From an uncultured virus (IMG/VR IMGVR_UViG_3300027785_000021) (taxonomy: Duplodnaviria; Heunggongvirae; Uroviricota; Caudoviricetes), in IMG/VR virus record IMGVR_UViG_3300027785_000021, positions 1 to 64,000 of that record: a DNA stretch of 64,000 nt, one strand, 5' to 3'. Numbering within the stretch: the stretch's first letter is position 1; the number at the start of each line of letters is the position of its first letter. A model generated the notes under the pieces. It did no database searches, was not told the origin of the DNA, and was given only the letters and a program-made list of their open reading frames with translations. The position numbers were made by a program, and so were the translations under genes. Shown here one piece after another: positions 12,801 through 19,636 of the stretch.

Positions 12801-12885
12801 TCTAGGTCTTGCTGGTCAAAATAAAACCATTATTAAACCAACTAATAGACCAAGCATTGATCCAACAGACGAAAATAATTGTTAG
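826..12885 (+). CDS. Giant crAss-like virion-associated two-barrel RNA polymerase with N-terminal zincin-like domain (4019 aa)
   Basis: GSDFDIDSL catalytic DxDxD loop at 9061-9087, preceded by ATRIPT (R-x-P, 8950); FDGQS near 7576; HEAFH at 4018-4032 with downstream EEILAD (4201); size and context match crAss-like virion RNAP genes. Confidence 0.88.
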   Translation: MACALTTEQYIPVVENLIKLNPEIYRNFDNAAKFILEADLTDEQKKLALHNMAHIYNGLSGLDETKYTIGKGVDIINLVTKIDDTKDYVKNAFVILEIKKPRLQTFEGVSTAIDKLANQRLITPQDIIPTLTLLKNYINTHKFETIDDKTEAIDQIRGALKDVITNLSNVDTAYKQVLFNQIDSFIDTLQPKSSYISINSIAEEAELSNVLVTFSDGRMIEVLGVDGVLFQVEDDSSVVELDMTDVINKKDARPADFSDSNDGKQVFKEDFLLSGLSISAIDPAEQEVVTTELNKMASPSSGVKITAVRLSELGDMRVARMKEVANDDPQKAGLINRNHETFENSTQVAQLESDPNAKVLTVSRPKASEQDFALVGEILSTGSKFHIYSMDNFVFVSADNTTERLDMSNPGHLELLKALSLKRTGAVTENMQESDITSLVASQKLFQEFKDKISYKIKNAFASGTSVEVTDEFMQMYDFTNSRSTTPVKTSLKEIIEKNPQMSKVVTVVTLNSNGEITIEEERKLPFYYTKVVDYKMKSIIYKQVKLLSGNERIQVKTPDGKAVYLTEIEYSNQMNLEPQIREMFKAEDERLLSLINNGQDTYKANKTPNFVIKFRADGTITYAIAQSVWQLENPEFFAKFITIVSDVISNQSTGKTKGKAVEQMDRNTYQFQPIAVKGGKGMALSIGFAVSAPMTVKGSPLKQSQLQIEIRPFSKGAAREKYQKIIVDSGTKAAYNIVLPEAEINKLAKALKEGATVQRVKMEVPSLASLDLNNPEQLLEFYTAVYDLAQLPTTPDSVKELAKNVVDAQNNFTTLVMDTVTKRFKENPTNEQTGKGVFDEFLEALKEDFAENFTVDNLFAYENAEGRQILNIVSPDNAGDPYNARSTYNKSLKNVKILESSGRRSFKLVAKSAVNVAKADEATENMDHTQAEKDIINEVAEKENAPVKITPENPTDAPLPLSDTGKEDVTKQDNTDEAESEDDDVIDIPPFSITLDSDFEVATKEDIASEAEWLAENLPQFGIDATSMRDIINLARIDGTVLGMFKDKVIYLNDVVTAKGTVFHEAFHGVFRYLLSENERKALIKQVMDDPKHSAKFSAENVKEFARVRNMSVTNYDTLVELIAEEILADGFQNYMGKERKTAPKTAMQKFFDMLKKLINFFVRNKNEIDYVYGRVKRGYYKTASIKSNIYNGQVAYELIPGLKQFYLNEEGNVARAKSVLSPGEQDQLINMVVGVMFQDNVQSDTFDIRFQRAVDKVLNEVYSMEKLVAQNPEKRDLIEQKYSQIISTYRFILGGRMKGLNVNDINLTGDIKFDNKSEKNGESLINGETIDNTMGQYSFEVLSRLTKDKYDKANSVKIQRDNDEFTLDTDEIENTFTGENANEVQDDERVSAKEEVENNDFDSGMGEQNRMDSYVSQIRRFFSTLRSDEFDAETGVNFPRMIDGQVLFPTLLKITASVQPKNIIDTIGIMSEQMIKDGFEAVGKDLKIIYDEIQTRTKADSQGVAQTNKQLLNLITEVLHGVELNYVMFNVASPKKVVIDEVQGGNIESALQEKDVTFRMFDKVMDADITKKRNDIVANFIKKHSTEASTQEFKDAVQFLKTFGTTFMSTPDILSSQFGQTLKLEQLTNQVHNALTTIGMTVPRSLVELSILAMNAEENKVTNDVDLKIQKFYDINESFVKQQQYLEKDFFRSLVAILDSAYLESGAPNSRIRNILDDDKTKNKDAKRLLVILKKASAYAVKYDPTDIPSVIKNAEGKSIFRFAKYNPLIMLGQRLQTMTLEEALADDPYYENTLRTFLEDNVLLGGLLKGEVNKDTEKINLFLQNFTVAMFGGVQQRIGDVAKKGQTFKSVDERSLHMLQILAFMDRKTTANKAGTEVTTYFRSFHQLEATSTNFLISALYEPFTSKDKKETNDRGQILYQGKHLKIVEDLVGIVGQEYNRMSREWARRLDLKRDYESGKSNELVNKYNAVLEDDGVTINVDSKDLRAYKFNILSDFFENDENASLNEDLIDLAKNQVPFNEIDPKDLLEALDEYARKEFQAYLDTLEKLGAITKVSIPVGKEIVDPRPGAKVKFPTQYYTSDMLPKTISQGYAASDKTKISDAYNQPYGAKADSALDPIENLLFDMFMGNWRNSLHLNQLMDGDMALNVKNAQDYVKRLKKIVASGSNMKDGTHRVAYMNTITGFIHEQMPQYGPYYSSGEIISDFTIPSELVREQLLEGYEKAIDGVKESINGSTVKWADMMREVFDGQSISTLMHQMDMHDTLGRLDERGMYILIAKHYRALTEQETKYLESMKIVNNAKKTITADRNIYHKLSEGYIDRTDVSTLIIKPNTDESVADATARVYDELHGLYMQAYDLRKDRELASTEADTINETARINTEIENVYKSIHEYYEPMPHRKILHDILSSMEIFQIDQLMDTTSSKNATLLPLDVMKAERTESGYINFRMAALDVPNSAKYLQVETSGVKDKAKHSVQAKMLLPANIAEDQFREVIEIEARKAGDILTEDDILSIENVKRSLNDYQLSLRKSTKARLLYFTEVLRKGDDFELGKIFTMIRESLQLQSAPKNILDMFAVKPDGKPVFSPNLSLIRTTLEYYMIAQYSKNVTDEKVSGFKNFHESSFGYNVLVDPATNQVITTEEYAANPEAFKDRKLRSRPLGVSIETQADGSKIYFVEAIMPKPFFENQQQEAFYKQNLTKMFATRIPTEDKRSMIVIKVVDYVDSSKMNNIIVPHFVHLLSGSDFDIDSLFGRMMSYYKNGKGNYNLYGDYSQYKDIDTGQFIEFMHYMSKHEDIGPLIKQRKKELIEQGTIEMPMGGALFEIIENLGFTIEDLTEHFDQKIVKSKYTDQKDFTSYMFELTKESKDFYVNAKELAEQNPENRELAKTRNAYGRELGDLKAIRKQSVDEQRVLKEKMRYIDTMFEYQSIMDVLAKFNMPSNVSQFNARPAFSEMVSPKFQNQNLAASIKILGNEAVFKYLYINQRSSTQEFKDILERFGIDLKTISKKSNLFTPTSMIESKVENNMNKDGIGRTAVMNKFLSLASQYNLKLSDKGIVWAYQKLDKSIVLKDTFGQLNENEDRVIAIIGNILGMFADGAKDPIPSALQMNEINASTTLAMIGVGLDPDFAVAFNFLPEVRKAALAVQQSQFALSEDLEQDYLFYNQAIKNQLSDLIEENEDAFNKLKSAGFFTSKSFKDFAVMDDPLAVRIGFEAQKLNIYALKNNELTPSSIGFEMVYDKTNEMLTEAEMKMVLLTFYAKQAQQTWAINRAASITNLFKRLNPSLVAFDKMRDNITELIEDEKLFTKESAAKLFEDDQVWSILKDALDDANEQFSKIFLERTPFFKPITNAFKGYFEDPKTVANTLTSFLSLNKFKMTFPASRTSDNEYVQSIYDKDDEMILKTFSPEYWFTNDLFAQVEKFREKYPKNEFLKLLRSADSKNTATVIYNGKSYQGINERFISMISKAKVKGDYAGKVADAIAQLYNSGMVEERQFIKNLFYHDVVRTGLQHKEGSFIGLMPAELLIPLSGYIQEFIDGIQNVTTSPNFEEAFENFIKAYTGETTDTGVVTFFDEMFTQLAYAASSENNNQKIPKFKNKGKDGKMNTRSVVFSVNFKKPQFSKPLVKAFLDQSVTPDSESLTTAKVKAINFTLDALDLQLPESIDLAKTDVINIADALTDEFTIRLSNKNEKANVTLGKMFGVVKDMSEPDSSEYVFPSILRIGIKTFVLQGVDGNAAGGKSIGSNLYDSIVGKTTLTNVGTYAKYSVIPDQYASEALSPIAFTTENANAYKRYIDKKEAIVFNTNIIDTAKKDEKISTTVNENVKIPDDLKDPTENVIIEQDPSKDQLEKNAGDIVDGISSEKGASKSQIEFGNDLLDQLLKNVMGEGTSNVSEVPKLQRGRYVKYNGETYIVTKQNEDGTWQIYNPLLEGAKAKISVAETNMKTLEMIAKIIEYKDSEYIVTSKNTIISLTTNKKMMWGENDGNRKAILGLAGQNKTIIKPTNRPSIDPTDENNC

Positions 12886-12887
12886 GT

Positions 12888-13475
12888 ATGGCACTAAAAT
12901 GTAGAACAGATATTAAAAAAGCAATTACAAAAAAAGCAATTGCACCACATGTTTCAAAGAATGTTCAACAGACTTCTTTTGATAGATTGTTTATTTCTAA
13001 TGAGGCATTTCCTAGTGGCAAATCACAAGTTTACAAGGTTGCTGAAAGTATAGTCAATAAAACTAATAAAGATTTTAAGGGTAATATCGCATATCGTAAT
13101 GAGATGAGCAATGGTCAAGAGATTGTTTTTAATCCATCTCAGGATATTGTCACTGTTTATTACAATGAATACTTGAAAGCTGTTACTGAACAAGAGGCAC
13201 GCGCAATACAACGTGCTGATGCTGAGCGTGCAGGTATAGAGTATGATGATGATTATCTTTTTGACAATGAAGAATCTAGTAATCCTCTTTATGATATGTA
13301 TGAAGATATGGCAAACCTAGAACTAACTCCAGCAGTAATTGAGTATCTTTATAGTGATGGTAGTAAAAGAATGCGTATTGATAAGTTTGCACAAGCTGCT
13401 AAAGACTTAGCAACAAACTTACGTGGCATGAACTACACTAATGATGAGATACTTGAAAAAATAAAATGTTTATAA
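12888..13475 (+). CDS. Small putative cargo/linker protein (195 aa)
   Basis: ATG 2 nt after the RNAP stop; its stop lies 1 nt before the next ATG; Cys only at residue 5 and the penultimate residue. Confidence 0.75.
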   Translation: MALKCRTDIKKAITKKAIAPHVSKNVQQTSFDRLFISNEAFPSGKSQVYKVAESIVNKTNKDFKGNIAYRNEMSNGQEIVFNPSQDIVTVYYNEYLKAVTEQEARAIQRADAERAGIEYDDDYLFDNEESSNPLYDMYEDMANLELTPAVIEYLYSDGSKRMRIDKFAQAAKDLATNLRGMNYTNDEILEKIKCL

Positions 13476-13476
13476 G

Positions 13477-16400
13477 ATGAGTGCATGTCCAAATATAAAT
13501 GACCAAGCCTGGAAAGATTTACTAATAGCTTTAGGTAATGAAGCAGATGCAATGACTGCGTTTGTTATAAATAATAATGAGATTCCATCTGTTGACAAAG
13601 CAAAAGATTTATTAAAACAATTGCGTATTCAGGATAAGGATGAACAACTTTCTCTTGCATCAGATCAGTTTAAGTTAAGCAGATCAGTGCAGCAGCGAGC
13701 AATGTTGGAAACAGTAAAACTACGTTCAAATCTTGCACAACGTGCCACTATAGAGAAACTAATAGAGATGAATGATTTATATCAAGATTTTCTTAACTCA
13801 AACATTGAAGCAGCAAAAAATGGTAGCCCTATTGAAAAAACGTTAAGTGTATCCAAGTTCATTGGTTCTTCTGACTTTAAAGGTGATCCAAAAGAATATG
13901 AAGCATTCAAACTGTTTGGTACATTTATGCATGAGTTGCTTGAAATTGGACAGGTTGAGGCACTGAAGTCAGGTAAAACAATTGCTCAAATTTACAATGA
14001 GGAGTTTTTTGAAAAAGCTTATGAGGCATACACTAAAAAAAATCCATTTGAAATACAGAAACTTACAAAAGAAGAGATGTATGAGATGGCATTTGGATTA
14101 GTACAGCATGTTAATAGTAAAAATGCTAGTGGTTATGTGATACTTCCAGAGGTTACAATTGTTGGAACATCTCTTTCTGGTAGTAAGGTTATTGGGCGTC
14201 TTGATATTTTGATGATTGACTCAGTGGGACGTGTTCATATCTATGACTTTAAAACTAAAAAGATTAAGTATCTTACTGAGCGAAATCCATTCAGTGGACA
14301 AAATGAAGTTGTAGTTGACAAGGCTCTCATAGAACTAGCCAACAAAAGGTATCCAATTGCTAATACACCTGGCGTAGCAACAGAATTTCAAAAAATATCT
14401 TTGCGTTCTACATATGATGTATGGATGATGCAGTTAGATATTTATGACAACATCCTGAAACAAGGAGGCATTGATGTAGCAAATAAAACTATATCATCTT
14501 TAATGTATCAGATTGATGAAAATGATAATTCATATGTTGCTAGTGTACTTCATGTATTTGAAGATCAGGAGTATTATGATCAAGCACGTAGTGCAAGATT
14601 AACTACAGATGGTTATTGGTTCTCAAATGTTGATTCAACAAATGATGTTGTGTTTAAAGTAAAACGTGCAGCTGCTATTGAAATACCAACAGGTGAATTT
14701 ACTGAAGAAGAAATAAAAAGTAAATCACCAGAAGAATTATTTGACATTAATCCTACTGATAAAAACATGAAAGATTTTGTCAAAGTTCTTGATGACATTA
14801 TTGATGGACAAATTGCAAAGATTTATGAAGATATTAATGAAGCAAAAAACAAACCTAATCGCGATAAAAAGTATGAAGAACTTCTTGCTGCGCGTAGAGA
14901 TACACTGAATAACTTTAAGAAAATTGTAGACAAACTTAAAACTACAAATCCAAATGCACTTGTAAACTCCGCTAACTTTTTTAATGCTCTTAATGTTATG
15001 GAGCAAGACTTGGAGACAATGAGCAAAATTTCAAGAATGGCTCTTGATGCATACATGACTGGTTCACCAAATGACAAAATACGTAATCTTGATAAGGTAC
15101 GTGAAGCATTTAATAAAAGTGTAGTACTTGACGCTGTAATTGAAGTAATGAATCAGATTGTTAATGAGGCTGCAGAAAATGAAGAAAACAAAATTGGTGT
15201 AGATAGTCCTGTGAGACAACGATTGACACAACTTACAATCTATGCAGAACAAATACAATCAGACTGGAAGAAAATTGGTATGGCCAATGCTGTTACAGTA
15301 ATGATGTCTCCAGGTGAATCTGTATTTGGTAAAGTAAATGAACAAAAACGCCAAGCACTTGAAATAGAATTAGAACGCTTAAATGAAGAAGCTGAAAAAT
15401 TAAAAACAAATCCTAAACTTGGGTTATACAAGCAAGCAAAAATTAAATTCTTTAGTCTTACAAACAAAAACTTTAGAGAAAAAGTAAAAGAAGCAATGGG
15501 TCCTAATGGCTCTATTGTACTTGCAGAAATATCAAGAGTTGAAAAACGTATTATGCAAATTGAAATGTTACTTCAAGGATTTGAATTCTCAGAAGAAGCA
15601 ATGGAGAAATACATTAGTGGGGTTACTGATCATACACAACCTTTTTATGCTGGTATGCCAAATCCTTATGCTGGTTCTGATACAATACTTGGTGGTTGGA
15701 TGATGGATTCTGCTATTGCCTCAGCATCAAATTCTGACTTGGCAATTTCTGCATTTACAACAATGCTCAAAGATTTTAAATCTCAAGCAGAATACAATGT
15801 AATGAATGATGCCAAACTACAAAAGTTTGATAGATTACGTAGACAACTTCTTGACAAAGGTTTTTCTGTTGAGGATTTGAATAAAGCAGTTTCAGAATGG
15901 CGTGAAGTATCTTTTTATGATTCAAAAACTGGTGAGATAACAAGTAAAAAAATACTTACTTATATTAAACCTTTCAGTGCTGAGTATGAAAACACATACA
16001 AAGGATTCCAACAAAAGCTACGTATACTGAATAAAGAAGTATATGAATTGCGTGCTGTGTATAATGAGAAGTTTAATACACCAGAAAAAGCAGACGCAGA
16101 ACAAAAATACAACGATAAAAAAGCTGAGAGAGATAATCATAATAATGGTATGATTGAGTGGATGTTGAATAATGCCAATCTACCATATGTTGATGAATTT
16201 TATAATTTACAATTAAAGCTTCCTGAAGATATACGTGATGCAATGCAGAAGATATATCTTGAGCAAGAAGTAATTTTACACAGTGTTGGTAGAGGTAATG
16301 AAGTTTTACTTGAAGAAATGGATTTTGACAGACTTCAAGAACTTGATGCTGCATTAAAAGATTTACGTTTACAAGCAATGGAACGTAGTCCTGAGTATGC

Positions 16401-19400
16401 TGAGTACATGGAAAAACTTGATGAGTTGTATGAGTATGATACCAATGATAACTTTTTCAGGGTTATGGAGAAAAATGCTAAGGTGCTTTACTCTGATGAC
16501 AAAGAAAAACTTGACAAATGGTATGGTTTAAATACAGTAACACGTCCAACAGCTGATTGGTATGAAGCAGTAAGTGAATTATATGACCAACGTGCAGAGT
16601 ATCTTTCAAGTGATCCTGAAATTAAAGAGTTGTTTGATAGAAAAAAACGTATCATGGCTCCTTACAAAAATGCAGGAAGATTTAATCCTAAGTATTTGAC
16701 TGATGAGGAAGTTATGGAACTTGATTCTATTGAGGCTGAAATAGAAGATATCATTGAAGGTAAAAAAGGCACACCTTCAACTCTTACAAAAGATGAAAAA
16801 AGAGAAGTTGCAAGGATAACTCAAGAAATAAGAAAACTTGTTTCATTTGAAATTAATCCAATTTACAATAAAGAGTTTGACACTAGATATAGAATTCTTG
16901 AGAATGCTTATACTCAGATTGTGTTATCACAAAACAATCTCACACTTGCAAGAAATAAAGGTGTGGATGCTGATATACAAGCAGCTGAAGATGATGTTAT
17001 ATTTGCTGTTACTAGATTTGGTAGAGTAGAAGGTGAATTTCAAACATGGTTTGAAAAAAATCATTACAATAAGTATGAAAGTATCACAGTTAAAAAAGAT
17101 TTAAGAGCATACAAGGTTCCTAAATCATTTAACTTTGAAAGACTTCCTTCAGCTACTGTTGTAGATAAGTACATGGAACAAGTACCAAATCCAAAATATT
17201 ATAAAGTAAAACGTTTACGTCTTGGTAACTGGACACTGGATGACAAAAGATTATCAAATGCACAAATAGAAGAATTACAAGAAGATCCTGAAAATATAAA
17301 AGCACTTCATGTTTCTGGTAGATTGAATATGAAACCAGGAGCTTACAATCCAAATTTTATAAAAGGACCTGAAGGTGTTCCATTACCAAAAGAAATAAAA
17401 GTAGACAGTGATGGTCATTATTATATTGATCCTAAAGCTGGTCCAAGTAAAAACATTAGTGATAAATATCTTCAGCTTTTAAATAACAAAGAACAGTTTG
17501 ATTTTTATAATAGCATGATGGATATATACTTTGATTTACAAAAGAAAATTGAAGGTAGAAAAATTGGATACCAAGTTCCAGGATTTGCGTCATCTTTGAT
17601 AGAAGGTATTGCAAATGAGAGTTTTGGAAAAGGTTTTTCTAAACAGTATAAGTCATTTGTTGACAAGCATTTTAAAGCAATGGGTCAACAAGATATGTCA
17701 GAAAACATTTATGGTGATATTAGTTCACGTATAAGAATGCGTTTTTCTAATCAATTAGGAGAAGAAATACAATCTTCAGATGCGATTGGTTCTTTTATGA
17801 AGTGGACTACTGAAGCTCACATGAACATTTCTATGCAAGAAGTTGCACCTGTATCTAAGGGATTTATTGAGTTTATGAAACTGCAGCGTAATCAATTGGC
17901 AAAGGATCGTTTGAAAGGTGAGATTTATGTTACAGATGAAAAAACTGGAGAAAAAACAAAAATTGACATAGAGAAAAAACTTGCTGAGATAGATAATCTT
18001 TTAAAGATTGTTGAATTTGAAAACAAGAAGTTCTTGTATGGTATAACTGAAAACACAACTGATGCTGGTAGAGCTACAAAAAAAGTTATTGATGGATTCT
18101 TTAAGTACACTAGTTTTATCAGAATTGGATTTGACATTGCCAATCAAACAAAAAACTATACGTCAGGTAATGTTCAAGCTTTTTTAGCTGCTGGTGGTAG
18201 CGATAGCGCACACTACAGTAAGAAAGATTGGCTTTTTGCAAAAGGTAAAGTATATGGATACAGTGGATTTTTGTCAAACTATCTTAAGGATTGGGGACGC
18301 ATATCTGACTTGTCTGAAACAACAATGCTTTATAGAATGATGAATCCTGCACAAAAAGATATTATTAAATACTTTCAAGATTCATCAGGTTCAAAAGGAC
18401 GCAGGCTTGCTGAGAAATTAACATCTATTGGTGATCTTGGATATATGCTTCAAGATAAAGGTGATACAGAAATTGCAGTTACAGTAATGTATGCAATAAT
18501 GAATAACTATAAATTTGAACAAATTGAAAGCATTGATCCTATTACAGGTGATAAGATCTTTAAACGTGATGCTAAAGGTGAAATTGTAATGGTGTCATCT
18601 CATGAGGCATACATTAAAGATGTTGATGGAAACTTGGTTATCAGAAATGATGTAAACTATACTAAAGAAGATGAAAAGCGTATAAGAAATATTATTTATT
18701 CAGAAATGCGTAGAGCACAAGGTAACTATGCTAGTGCAGATCAAACAGAATTTGAAAGTAGGGTACTTGGTAAGATGGTTTTCTTTTTTAGAAAATTCTT
18801 GGTTCCACAATTCTTAAATAGATTTGGATACTTGCGTCCTAACTGGGAAGGTTCAGAAGTATCAATTGGATATTGGAGAGCTTTTGGAAGAGCAATGAAA
18901 CTTTTTGGTGTTGGAAATACTATGAAAGAATTTCTTGTGGGTTCAGATACACTTTCTAAGATGGGACTTTCAGGTGGTGTAAAAACATATGTAATAAAAG
19001 ATCCAAAAACAGGTACTGTTGTTAAGACAGTTGATGCTGGAGATTTTTATTCAAAACGTGTGCATCATGCAAGACGTGATGCAATTGCAATGGCATTGCT
19101 CACAGTGATTAGTATGTTGTTATTATCATTTGTAAGGCGTAGAGATGATGATGATGAGGAGTTGAGTATACTTGAAGGTAATGCAATAAGAGTTATTTGG
19201 GGTACAAAAGCAGAAACTGTTTCTATGTTTCCAGTTGGAGAAGGTTCTCAGGAGTATGTTAAGAATTTTACTACAGCAATACCATTTGTACGTGAATTCT
19301 CAGCAACAATTAAGATGCTCAACCATGGTTTAAAATATGGCATGGCTATGACAATGAATGGTGGTGAAGAACCAGATCCAAATTATGATTCTGAATTGTA

Positions 19401-19563
19401 TCAGGAAGTTTGGAAAGATGCTTTCTATTCAAGAAAATCAGGAGCTTATGAAAAGGGTGATGCAAAATTTGGAAAAGATTTTGTAGATTTAACTGGTCTT
19501 AAAAACTTTAGAGATATACTTGATCCAAATTATAAAATTGATGTACTAAAACGTAATCAATAA
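13477..19563 (+). CDS. Giant putative ejection protein with N-terminal PD-(D/E)xK nuclease domain and C-terminal hydrophobic helix (2028 aa)
   Basis: GTFMHELLE, E...GRLDILMID...IYDFKTKK and QLDIY are RecB/Cas4-type motifs (about 13918-14445); long helical middle; hydrophobic AIAMALLTVISMLLLSFV at 19081-19134. Confidence 0.78.
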   Translation: MSACPNINDQAWKDLLIALGNEADAMTAFVINNNEIPSVDKAKDLLKQLRIQDKDEQLSLASDQFKLSRSVQQRAMLETVKLRSNLAQRATIEKLIEMNDLYQDFLNSNIEAAKNGSPIEKTLSVSKFIGSSDFKGDPKEYEAFKLFGTFMHELLEIGQVEALKSGKTIAQIYNEEFFEKAYEAYTKKNPFEIQKLTKEEMYEMAFGLVQHVNSKNASGYVILPEVTIVGTSLSGSKVIGRLDILMIDSVGRVHIYDFKTKKIKYLTERNPFSGQNEVVVDKALIELANKRYPIANTPGVATEFQKISLRSTYDVWMMQLDIYDNILKQGGIDVANKTISSLMYQIDENDNSYVASVLHVFEDQEYYDQARSARLTTDGYWFSNVDSTNDVVFKVKRAAAIEIPTGEFTEEEIKSKSPEELFDINPTDKNMKDFVKVLDDIIDGQIAKIYEDINEAKNKPNRDKKYEELLAARRDTLNNFKKIVDKLKTTNPNALVNSANFFNALNVMEQDLETMSKISRMALDAYMTGSPNDKIRNLDKVREAFNKSVVLDAVIEVMNQIVNEAAENEENKIGVDSPVRQRLTQLTIYAEQIQSDWKKIGMANAVTVMMSPGESVFGKVNEQKRQALEIELERLNEEAEKLKTNPKLGLYKQAKIKFFSLTNKNFREKVKEAMGPNGSIVLAEISRVEKRIMQIEMLLQGFEFSEEAMEKYISGVTDHTQPFYAGMPNPYAGSDTILGGWMMDSAIASASNSDLAISAFTTMLKDFKSQAEYNVMNDAKLQKFDRLRRQLLDKGFSVEDLNKAVSEWREVSFYDSKTGEITSKKILTYIKPFSAEYENTYKGFQQKLRILNKEVYELRAVYNEKFNTPEKADAEQKYNDKKAERDNHNNGMIEWMLNNANLPYVDEFYNLQLKLPEDIRDAMQKIYLEQEVILHSVGRGNEVLLEEMDFDRLQELDAALKDLRLQAMERSPEYAEYMEKLDELYEYDTNDNFFRVMEKNAKVLYSDDKEKLDKWYGLNTVTRPTADWYEAVSELYDQRAEYLSSDPEIKELFDRKKRIMAPYKNAGRFNPKYLTDEEVMELDSIEAEIEDIIEGKKGTPSTLTKDEKREVARITQEIRKLVSFEINPIYNKEFDTRYRILENAYTQIVLSQNNLTLARNKGVDADIQAAEDDVIFAVTRFGRVEGEFQTWFEKNHYNKYESITVKKDLRAYKVPKSFNFERLPSATVVDKYMEQVPNPKYYKVKRLRLGNWTLDDKRLSNAQIEELQEDPENIKALHVSGRLNMKPGAYNPNFIKGPEGVPLPKEIKVDSDGHYYIDPKAGPSKNISDKYLQLLNNKEQFDFYNSMMDIYFDLQKKIEGRKIGYQVPGFASSLIEGIANESFGKGFSKQYKSFVDKHFKAMGQQDMSENIYGDISSRIRMRFSNQLGEEIQSSDAIGSFMKWTTEAHMNISMQEVAPVSKGFIEFMKLQRNQLAKDRLKGEIYVTDEKTGEKTKIDIEKKLAEIDNLLKIVEFENKKFLYGITENTTDAGRATKKVIDGFFKYTSFIRIGFDIANQTKNYTSGNVQAFLAAGGSDSAHYSKKDWLFAKGKVYGYSGFLSNYLKDWGRISDLSETTMLYRMMNPAQKDIIKYFQDSSGSKGRRLAEKLTSIGDLGYMLQDKGDTEIAVTVMYAIMNNYKFEQIESIDPITGDKIFKRDAKGEIVMVSSHEAYIKDVDGNLVIRNDVNYTKEDEKRIRNIIYSEMRRAQGNYASADQTEFESRVLGKMVFFFRKFLVPQFLNRFGYLRPNWEGSEVSIGYWRAFGRAMKLFGVGNTMKEFLVGSDTLSKMGLSGGVKTYVIKDPKTGTVVKTVDAGDFYSKRVHHARRDAIAMALLTVISMLLLSFVRRRDDDDEELSILEGNAIRVIWGTKAETVSMFPVGEGSQEYVKNFTTAIPFVREFSATIKMLNHGLKYGMAMTMNGGEEPDPNYDSELYQEVWKDAFYSRKSGAYEKGDAKFGKDFVDLTGLKNFRDILDPNYKIDVLKRNQ

Positions 19564-19636
19564 TTTTGATGATAAAAAAATAATTACTATCTTATTACTG
19601 AGGTAGTGCAGCATTAAATACTAAAACTGAAGAAAA

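Noticed and set aside
12871..12902. Intein-like or trans-splicing reading of ...NNC* / MALKC
   Set aside because: No intein blocks (no N-terminal C/S1, TxxH or terminal HN) are visible
1694..18143. Short antisense or alternate-frame ORFs inside the giant genes
   Set aside because: Shadow ORFs fully nested in long coding frames, with no motifs
826..19563. Stop-codon reassignment (TAG/TGA), known in some crAss-like phages
   Set aside because: The standard code gives uninterrupted giant ORFs and dense tiling; TAG and TGA end credible genes; the gene after the RNAP TAG is in another frame
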